A stretch of 64,000 nt of DNA from Paraspadella gotoi. Its lineage: Eukaryota > Animalia > Chaetognatha. The DNA lies in the NCBI GenBank assembly GCA_051294375.1, contig CM119266.1:5693053-5757052 (forward strand), given 5' to 3'. Under the pieces are notes generated by a model that saw nothing but the letters and a program-made list of their open reading frames with translations, was not told the origin of the DNA and did not search any database. The number at the start of each line of letters is the position of its first letter. Positions within the stretch are counted from its first letter, which is position 1. This document shows positions 53,901 through 64,000 of the stretch, piece after piece. The translations under genes and the position numbers were made by a program.

Positions 53901-56900
53901 GAAGGGGGAAAGATAAGGGCAGTGGCGATAAGGGTGTAGGAAACGTTAAAGAGAATGCGGAAAAATCGATTGCACGTTGAAAGTTGCGTGCGCTGAGCCA
54001 AGCAATAAAAAAGAGAGGGAGAAGAAATTAATGATTTCGGTTGCATTGTAGAAAACAAAGAAGACACATGGTTGCGTTGGAAGGCGGAGAAATAATGAAT
54101 GGTGCTAGAGGGAGAAAAAAAGGGATCGTGGCAAGCGGGGGGGGGGGACAGTTAAAAAAAAGGAGGAATTTTTTAGGCTTTGGAGGCCTCGACGTAAAAA
54201 AGTCGTTAAAAAACATTCGTGCTTTAATAAACGCCGCGTAAAAAAAGTTTTTTGATGCGAGGGAAAGAGATTGGAGGTGAGAAGCACGAGGGCGGGGCTG
54301 TAAGAGAAAAGCGCTTAAATGAGGAGAAACAAGGCATCTCAGAGGAAGTTTACGAGTTGTAGAATTAGAGAGATCGAAAGTAAGTAGTAAAACCAAGGAC
54401 CACCAAACAACGGAGCACAAAAAATTGTACGGAGAGAAGGAGAGAGAAAGCCGTTTAAACGGTTTAGGACCGCGGGCGAGAGAGTAGAGAGCAGAGGGAG
54501 AACAGAGAAAAGTTTTAAGCCTAGCGTACAATACCAAAGCATTCTGCAAAGAAACGGATTGACCCGTGGAACGAAACAAAAGACAAAAAAAAACAACAAA
54601 AAAACAAAAACAGAATAAAAAACACAAATAAGAAGGTCGGTTTCGTTTGAAGGCCTATGGATAAAACGCAGGTTCATTTGTTCGAATAAAATCGAGAAAA
54701 AACCAGTGAAACGAAAATCGCGTCAACACGGATCGTTGATTTATTTTGAAAGAGAAGAAAAAGGGGGGCAAGAGTATCCGTGAAAATATGAGTGAAAACG
54801 ACGGTGACAGCATGAAGCGCGTGAAGTGAGAGTTTTTGGAGCGAGAGAGAATCAAATGTCGTTCGCTGTGAATGAGAATGCGAACGAAAATTTCATCTTT
54901 TTTCTCAAACTTTTCATTTTGATCTTAAGTGACAAAAAAGACCCGTTGGTTAACTGCGAAAAATCACGATTCGATCTTTTCCCCCCCAAAAAAGGGCGCA
55001 GGAGGGGGTAGAAGTTCTAGGGAAAATCACTCTAAGGGGAGTTTAGACTTTGACACATTGTCTTCGCTCTGCCCGAAAAAACCGACGCTCTTTGGCGGGC
55101 TGCCGCGGGCGCCCCTTAACGAAAGATTAATGAAGGATTAGAGAGGCGGGACCCACACGGCATCCCTTCGACGGGCCCCCTTCACCACCGCTCACCAACA
55201 ATCCCGCCTCTTCACTCCGCCGCCGTGAAAAAATGGTTGTGAACAGAAAGAAACGAGTAGCCGGGATTTTGATGAATCGGGTGTTTGCGAGCGTGGGAAA
55301 GCGTCAAAGTTGTGTGACGAGGTTTTTTCCTTTTTGATCTTACTTGTTCTAATTTTTATTTGTATCAGGGTTTAGATAGAGAATAGCTTCTGTTTGGAAA
55401 TTACTTTAGATTTTATGATAGCTAAATTAGCACTTTTTGCGAAAATATGTGGAATTGGAAAGTTTCTTAAATCTATTACAAGTAGAAGATATAAAACAAG
55501 AAAAAAGTAAAACGTCCCACATGGCGATGAGAACCATTATTATATTTGTTGTGAAAGAGGAATTCAAAATGTAGTTTTAACAAAAGCTTAGAACATGAGG
55601 GAGTCCAGTCAAAAAATGTTCCTCACCCCAAGTAGTAATAAAAAGTAGGTGGATAGGAAATAGAGAGATGACCGGAACGAGAGGAGACACGCCCCAAAAG
55701 AAAATAAAAGAAAGAAAACGTGAAAAACCTCACTTCCTTCTCGGGCGCAACCTCGCCTTTCCCTCGCGTTACGATTCTCCGTCGCTTCTTTCGGAAGCCA
55801 ATCCGCGTTGGAGGAGACAGAGAAGGCGAGGATGTGATTTCTAACGCCCGGGGAAAGTATTTGTTTGAATATTGTTTGAATATCACGAGTGTTTGTGAAT
55901 TTATGCATCGTTCTCGCTCTTAGGCAACGGGAGTGGGGGGGGGGGAACGAAATAACTGAGAAAAGCCGAAACTTTGTGTTTTGGTCACGTGATTTTCGAA
56001 TTATTCATTGTTTGTTTTTTCGTTTATTAGGTCGAAGGTTTTTGAGGCCGACTTAAACTCGTATGAACTTTTTTTTATACATTTTTTTTTAAATCTCATT
56101 TCCTCGAAACGAGTGACTTTTTTCGCTTCTGTTTAAAACCTTGAACAATTAAAGGGACTTGTTTTTTTGGGGATTGAAAGTCTGTCGAATCAACTTTGCC
56201 TAACGCCCTCTCTCTCTCTCCCTCTCTTAAAATATTAATAAAAAAAAGCAATCTAATCTGTACCATTCGTTGTTCGGTTCTCGTGTTAGCAGTTCGTTGA
56301 CATGGCCTCGGCCAAAAGTAAAAAACCGATATTTAAGCCAAAAACCGAAACAAAAAAAAAGAAAAAGGTGAGAACGCCCCTCTCACGCGCCAAGGATCCT
56401 CTGATCTACCAAAGAGGCGGCGAATTCCGATTTAATTTTCCGCGCCCAATTTCAGTTTCTGTCGCGCTTAACGACCCGGCCAAAATTTTTTTTTTTCTCT
56501 AAAAATCTTCGAGATTAGTATCAAAGAAAATTCCCGACCGCAGGGGAGATGATTGCGAGGGGTAGTTGCGAGGATGGTGAGGGGAAGGGGGTGAGGCGAG
56601 GGGAAGATGCGGCTTGAAGGATTGGGGAGCATCGACCCCAATGTCAAAAGTCGAACCGGAGAGATCGACCAGAGGGAGCTGGGGAAAGGAGAGGCGTCTG
56701 AGGGAGGAGCGGGGAGAGAGGAAAGAGAGAGGCTGACAAAAACATTTTTGAAGAGCGACGAGGAATGAAAGCTGGAAATGTCACTCATTGTCAAGAATCG
56801 AGGACGAAGATTCGATGATTGTTGGGATGAGAGAGAGAGATGCGAAATAGATGCGAAAATAAATCGGTGAAAATCGTACGAAGAGCGTAATGACATATGA

Positions 56901-59900
56901 TTACTGCGTCTTCACACTTTTGTATTTACGAAATCTAAATGACCGATAAATGGAAGTATCACGGGGGGGGGAGATGGTTAATATCTCATATCTTTCCTCC
57001 CAGAAGAACGGAAATACACAGGAAGCCGAGGCAGAGGGGTGCTTAAAAGTTTGGAAGAATTTGAGCAAACATTACCCAGAGAGATGCGGAAAACATCTTT
57101 CTCCCAAAACTGCTCGGGCTCGTATCGCGTATCATCCGCTTCGTGCTCTTTTAGCTCCGTTCGCAACAACCTCAAACATCATGTTCCTCATTTCCATCGT
57201 CCGAGATTGTAAAACCAACAATAAAATCCGCTACTATACACGTTTTTCATCTGTAAATATCTCCGAAAAAAAAAAAAGAGAGAATAATTTGTCTTGATTA
57301 AATTTTTTACAAAATATATTCCAATTCGTGTCTTTTAAAACTGAAATTTTGAGTTTTGGATTAAAAGCACGATTTAATAAAAATAACAAAAAGAAAGATT
57401 ACGGATATTTTAAAAACGCCGGCTTTAGCTATAAACCATAGTAAAGAAAATTATTTGATAACTAATATTCAAATGTTTTAAACAGTTACTAAATTTCTTA
57501 CATTAATACATCGATATACAAAATATTTCCTTAAAACGCTCTGCGCGACCTGTAAAGCGACATCTGTAGCTGTATCGAATATGTCTGACATTGTGTTTTT
57601 GCTGGAGCGTTCCTCTGAGACTTGGAAATATCGTCTTTCAAAAAGGCCGATACAATTTCATTAAATGCGAAGGCGGCCTGGCTCTGGGAGACAAGATGAT
57701 TTTTCCAGACGTCCAAAAATCTATTTTTAGAATGAAATGTAAGGTAAAGCCTTTAAGACAGAAACAGTTGTGTAAACAAAGAAAGCGTTTATTCATATAT
57801 AATTTTTATAGAATTAAAAAATATCCCGGGAAATTTACGAAGAATAAAACCGAAGCAATTTACTCTTACTTAAACCACTTGACCTCCTCTGGATAAATAA
57901 TAGAGAGAAAGATAGATTTTCAATAACAAAAAAGGTTCATAAAAGGCAGAGATATAGAGTTCTTCTCTTTCTCTCAAATGACCGCCAACTAAAGGACTCC
58001 AAGCATTATTTGACCCAGAAATTGAAAGAAGTCGGTATCAAACTGCGGGCCGAGAGTGAAGAATTCTGATTAGTTGTTATTCGTGAAATGTGATATTCAC
58101 TTCAAGACGGCGGTTCTGAGAAAAAACATAAGTCGATAGAGTTGAATCTCGGTGTTAAAATCAAGATTTATATTATATTCGATACAATCTGGTTTAAGAC
58201 AGTTCAGAAATACACTTGCATGTACGTTCACTACTCGATACAAATACCATTATTAGATTTAATAATACGTCTTAGATAATTACAGCCGGACGGGAAAAAG
58301 GCCTATTAAATGCATCTTGACTAAAAGAAACGCTATCGCCATCACAGCGACACAAAATCGATAACAATTCATCGAGAATGAAATTAATCCTTTCATGGAA
58401 GCATCTAGCAACACATAAATGAAAACCCAAAAAAACATCGGTGTAGTGACATGAGGAACGTATTATGTCTCCAATTATCACTCTCCTTCTCTCTCCAGAA
58501 TAGAATCACCGAATCACCAAGAGGAATAAAAACCGAAACTTGCGAGCCGAACGTAACCCGACTAACCAGAACAATGAAAGAGAGGAATTCGTTGGGTGAC
58601 TTAAGGCGGAATAAGGTCGTTCAAAATGATTCTTGCATTGTCCGTGTTAACCGGGGCGCCCGGCTTTTATTTTTCTCTTTCATTTAAATTTCTTCACGCC
58701 ACACAGTTTTTCTCTCTCTCTCTTCCCGGACCGGAGGTTTAATCTAAGAATAATAGGCGGCTGGCAACATCACAAGATTGAAAAACAGAAGGGGATGCGA
58801 AAGCGCGGGATTTTTTTCTTTCCTTCGTTTTCGATTCGACGATCTGGATGTTTTGTGTTGGGTATAGAACTCGAATTCGCCATCGGCGAGGGAGAAGATA
58901 ATGTGTGGATTATAAAAGAACAACTGCTTGAACATTGAGGTTCTCTTTATTTTATGTGGGGTTGGGAAAAAAACTGAAAATAAAACGTGAATCAGAAATA
59001 ATATAATTAGATGATTAATGAAAACATTTTAAATGGTCTGTTTAAAGCTTCCAAAAGAAAAAAGGAATCTATTAAAATCGCGTCAATCACAAACGACCGA
59101 CAGTTCCTCAATCACAAAACGACGTCAGTTCACAAAGAGAAACAAAAAAAACCTTAAACATTTCCTCCTTTCAATTAATTCCGACTTTTTCTTGACAAAA
59201 AAAAAAAAGAGAAAACGGACCCCGCCAGGTTGAGCGAGAGGCCAATTTTCGGGAGGAGAAAATTGTCCCCCCAGTTGCCAGAAAAATGTGCCGCAATTCC
59301 TCGAGGCGAGAACAAGATCATTTTCTTATTTCCTCCCGAATTCTTGCTTCGGCAATCAATTTTTCGGGGACATGCGGCGTCAACTGCTTGTTCTCTTCTT
59401 TGCCTCGTTTGGGGAGAGAGAGAGAGAGAATAGTTTGCGCGCAATTCTAAAACGAAAGGGAAGAATCGAATGGAAAGAAAAAAATTCTTTTCATCTTTGA
59501 GGAAACAAAGAAAACGATTACCAACACTCCTTTCCCCCTCGCCCCCTTCACCACCAGCAGAGAAGAAACTTCCACGGTCGAGAAAATCGAGGGGAAAATA
59601 TGACAGTAACCGCCTTTGCGTCCAGTGAACCGCAAGGGTCAAAGGGTCTTCGCGGCGCAGAAGTAATTCACGTCAAAAAACCGTTACTGGATAAAAAAAA
59701 GATCTGGAAAAAATATTAAAAAGCTCGCACGCGTCTGCTATTATTATAAAACATTCCAATTATTTATAATCATTTATACTAAATAATATATAAAAGCCGA
59801 GTGAAAACAAACCCAAGTTCCCGATGCGCGTGCAGCGGGTCGTCCGAGAAGACTTTCCAACGTCAAGAAAATCGGTTCCAGTCGAGAGAGGAGAAGAGAG

Positions 59901-62900
59901 AGAGAGATATGAGAGAAGAGAAGAGAGACCCTCGCGATAAAAAATCCTCCCGACCCGAGTTCACGGATCAATTACTATCTCTTCTCGCGGCTCCTCGGCG
60001 ATGATTGATCGGGGAGGTTGGCGGCTCCGGCAGCGCGCGGCGGGGCAGAGAAGCGCCTGGATACGGCGCGCAGGCAGCAAAGACGAGCGGCCAGGGCGGC
60101 GCCCCTTTTTTCCTCTGACCGGAATCTCTCCAGAGGCCGCGAGGGGGCGACGATTTACGATGCGAGAGAAGAGAGGGGAGGCGTTGGCCCTATCGAATAC
60201 CGTTCGGCCAATAGGGGGGGGGGGACTGTGGCGGGACAGAATTAGGCGATGGCGATGCGGGGAGAAAAGAGGAGAGAGATAGGGGAATGTTTTATGATAT
60301 TGGCTACAAACTGATTTTATTGCCGAGGAGCCTCTCGCATTATCCCTGTCGCGGATGTTAAATCGGTTGACGGGGAGTCATCGAGCTCGCTGACAAGGAC
60401 CCACCCACCTCGACCGAATCGAAAAATCGATCCATTGATCGGCTTAATTGAAGGATTTGGTACGAGGGATGATTATTTCAAAGTCATTTTAATATTATCA
60501 TTATATAAAAAATAGAGTGTCAAAAGTGGACTCAAAATCGTGAATAGGGAGGACAAAAATTTATAAGCGCCAGCGACGCTAAGTCTATTACTTTAAGCAT
60601 AAGAAATAAATTGACATTTTATATAAAAATAATACTAATTGCAACAAATTTTAAAACGGTAACCAAAAAAAATTCGACCAAACAGCTATAAAGTTCAAAA
60701 CCAAACAGGAAAAAACTCGATAGAGGCAACAGAGAGATCAACCTTCGAAATAAAAAAAGAATTCTGAACGAATTGAACAAAAAAAAAAGTCGCTCATCTT
60801 GCTCGCGGGAATAAGGCGCATGATTCACTGTTCGGCAAGCCGCGATACGACAGCCTTGTTGCGTGTCACACACGGCGTGCTCTCTCCTCTCTCTCTCTCT
60901 CATCTCGATTGTCCCTCTTCACATTCGCGGCCGTTCTGTTTCAGCTTGGAAAGATCGATGTGAAACAATCCGAGATGGGACACGCAAAATTAGGAAACAG
61001 CTTTCCCCACGCCTCCCGACTTGCCCACTTTCAACCACACTCCGTCGGCAAAAAAAACGCCCCCCTCCCCCTTTTTCTCCAAAACTTCTTTCACGACACC
61101 TTCCACCTTCGCACAATTTCTCACACACCCTCCTCACAACCCCCCCCTTCATTAGATTTAAACGAAATCCTTAATCCCTCCTTTCGCCGACCGAGAGAAG
61201 AACCGATTTTTTTTTTCATCCGATTTGAGAGAACGAATTTATTTAGCTTCACATTCGGCTCGGTTTTAAATATAAACATTGTTACATTCATTATGTCATA
61301 TTAAAATAAAATATAAACAAGTCGCAGGAAAGAAACGTGGAGACGCTCTATGGTTTTGAAATCGCGATCGTCGTTCATCGCTTTTCATCATCGTTCGTCG
61401 TGGCGGCAGAGGGAAAAGCATATTGTCAACAGAATCTTTCCACTAATGGAGAGCCCTTGCCTCCGCGTCTATATCCTTGTATTTTGGGAAAAGAAAAAAA
61501 AAAAGAAGAAAAAGAAAGAAAAAGGAAACCTTCCTTTCCTCCGCCTCTTCTTCCTTTTTCCTCCTCCTCCTTGCGCCTTTGTTTGGGAACCCGCCACTAA
61601 CTTCGACGTCGGCGCCGTCGAAGCGGAAAAATGGAGGCCGCCCACGCCCCCCCTCTCCCCACGTCTTTTTTAGCGCGCGCGAGAGAGTAAAAGGGGAAGG
61701 TAAGAGTTGGGGGCGAGGGTTGAGGGTTTAAAAACGCCGTCTTGTCCAAGGCTGGGGGTATCTTAGCGAGGATTTATCGCGGATGAAGAATTAAAAAAAG
61801 CGGAGAGAGATGGGCACGCGAAAAGGAGAGAGATGGGAGTGAAAATGAAAGCGCGACGACTTTTAAATCCTCTCGTTTAAATAAAAATGAAAAAAAGGCT
61901 GAAGGGGGTTGGGGGAGAGAGAGAAGAAGGGGGAGAGAGAAAAGCGTTTGCTTCGAAGTCGGAAGCGGAAAAGGGTCATTTTTCAGGTCAAACTGAACTG
62001 CAACTTCTATGGAACAGGCGAGATCAGGAACTATTTAAAATGACGACCGAAAATCGAAAAAAAAGGAACAAATTGTAAAACTGGACAAATATTCATCCGA
62101 AAAGACAATACGGTATTTTTTTGAATGGAGAAAACTGAGATTAGAATGACAAAGTAAAATGACTAAATTTCCTTTCGTTATCGTTGACAAGAATTTCACC
62201 GAGCACATTTGTCAGAATATAACATAGTAGCAATCACAAGGTTGTAGAAGTGCGAGTGTCAATTCTTCTCTCTCCTCCATCGGCGCTTTAAACGAGGTTC
62301 GTCGTTGTGTCGTTCATTTTCCACAAAATCGACGAGATGTTTGATTACAAGAAAAAACAAACAAAAACGAAAAGAGGGGATGATTCGGCGAATACGCGAA
62401 AAGAGGGATTAGACAGTAGAAAAGCTGCGAAAAATCCATAGGAGAGAGGAGAGAGAAGAGGATCAGGAGAGAGAGAGAGAGAGCAGAAAGAGAGACAGAG
62501 AAGAAAATGAAGGAAGGGGTTTAGCGTGTCGGAAAAGTAAAGGTAGGGTCTGATAATTCGGCGTCTGCGAAAGATCATGTAAACTCCAAAAGGGACGGGC
62601 AAACACGTACGAACGAACGAGGGTAAGAAAAACAAAGTGAAAGAGAAAAGCGGGTAAGGAAAGAGAAGGGGAATGCGCTGATGTGTATTTTTAATCCGCG
62701 CGGTCTTTGCCAAACATCTTACAACAAGAGGGGGCGAAGGAAAGGAATCAGAGGGGCGGGAACATTTTCGGGCCTCGAAAGCAAAAAAAATTTCATTACT
62801 CCGCTATGTTAGGCAATTCGGCCGCCGTATTTAGTTGAGAGGCTAATAAATTTGATATAAAGATAAAAGCAAAAAAATTAAAATTGGTACTTACGTACTG

Positions 62901-63047
62901 ATTTCGCGCGAAATAGTTTCGAAGGCGAAATTGTTTTAGGGAGGAAAAAAAAATTGAGGAGAAGTAATTAATTTAATAAGCTGTAGTTTGTGACAATCAA
63001 CTATTCAAACCGCCACGGACAATCACGGAAATATTTCCTTTGCGGGA
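40919..63047 (+). other. Redundant, indel-rich second copy of 14205-37612 (lacking 29302-31786), including frameshifted copies of the SOWAH exons; probably an uncorrected long-read or haplotype duplication
   Basis: Colinear wherever compared. Differences are mostly scattered 1-2 nt indels, including inside exons (~43444-43814, 45476-45556, 53780-53868). Starts right after a 25-N gap. Confidence 0.92.
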
Positions 63048-63252
63048 GTCCTCTAAAAAGGATGAAAGGAAGGAGAAGGAGAGAGGAGAGAGAGAGAGAG
63101 AGAGAGAAACGATATGAAAGGGGGGGGAGCGTTTGAGCCTCCCCTCTTAAAGGGCACGAGTTAATTTCCGGCGCGGCTCTTGGCTCGCGACGCCGATCGC
63201 GTGCCTTTTCCTTTTCACTTTATCTTTGCCTCTCTCTCTCTCTCTCTCGTCT

Positions 63253-63285
<33 letters not shown>

Positions 63286-64000
63286 CTTTTCTCTAACTTT
63301 TTTGTATCGCTCAATCGATTACCTGGCTTTTTTCCCCTAAGAACCTAAGACGACGCATGTTTGGAATGTGCGAGGGGGGAAGGAGCGGGGGAGGGTGAAA
63401 GGGAGATGGTGAGGAGGGGGAGAATGCGAGTTGTTGAAATGTAAAATCTTACTTGTTCAAAACTTCGGCCTCTTTTTAGCGGCGTAAAGCAGTGGAATAC
63501 TAAAACTTCATTGAATGCACGTCTTTCGTTTATAATAAATTAGGCACGATGGCAAGAAAGCAACGTTTATTAGTATTGCCGAAAAACGACAGGATCACGC
63601 ACAAAATTTTGCTTAAAAGAAAAAAAAAATGAAAATACTTACTCCCTGCATTGAGATTCCAATGAATGAACGGTGTCGGCAACGGAGACCCAAAAAATAT
63701 CCAGGTTGGTGGGAAGGAAAAAAAAAAAAAAAAGAGGTGGAGACGAGAAAAAGCATAAAAATTTAATAACCTTGAACAACCAATAACATTCATCTTAATC
63801 TCGCCAAAATCGATTCTCGCATCCTTGTCACGACGCTGTTACACGTTTCTAACCATGATCCCCCCAGTCGGTGAATATCATTCATCAGCGTCAGAACACA
63901 CAACACAAAGCCGCGAAAAAAAAAAGAAAAGAAAATTCAGAAGTTATTTGCAATTATTTCCGATTTTTTTCTTCTTTTTTTTTTTTTGCCTCGCAACCTC
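63048..64000 (-). repeat. Reverse-complement copy of 39340-40292, contiguous with the second copy
   Basis: 63048 aligns loosely to 40292 across a GA-rich stretch, and the window end matches 39340 on the opposite strand. Confidence 0.92.

Overview
AT-rich animal (eukaryotic) genomic DNA with spliceosomal introns, dense (GA)n/(CT)n microsatellites and several N gaps. Almost all ORFs in the supplied track are low-complexity noise. The main real content is the 3' part of a minus-strand SOWAH (sosondowah; ANKRD43/56/57/58-type) ankyrin-repeat gene. Its ankyrin hairpin loops appear to be built from four in-frame microexons (12, 3, 3 and 6 nt) spread over ~22 kb. The spliced reading is DSCS|G|Y|SALHWAAKAGEVEVVKLVAGCGVDVNAKS|NG|GYTALHLAAMHGHHEIMNILEEAY|GANPNIRDHSGKRPKQY...VTYV*. 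About 40% of the window is redundant: 40919-64000 is an indel-ridden second copy of 14205-37612 plus the reverse complement of 39340-40292, probably another haplotype from an uncorrected long read, and 1-1431 is an inverted copy of 4008-5452. Comparing the copies shows a 2.5-kb presence/absence insertion with CAC...GTG ends and a 70-nt tandem repeat (29302-31786). It also shows a 2.7-kb block (37613-40292) inverted relative to the gene. A weaker candidate minus-strand gene with furin-like sites lies at ~6.4-13.5 kb. No rRNA, tRNA, CRISPR array or transposase was seen. All calls were made by eye, with no searches run.
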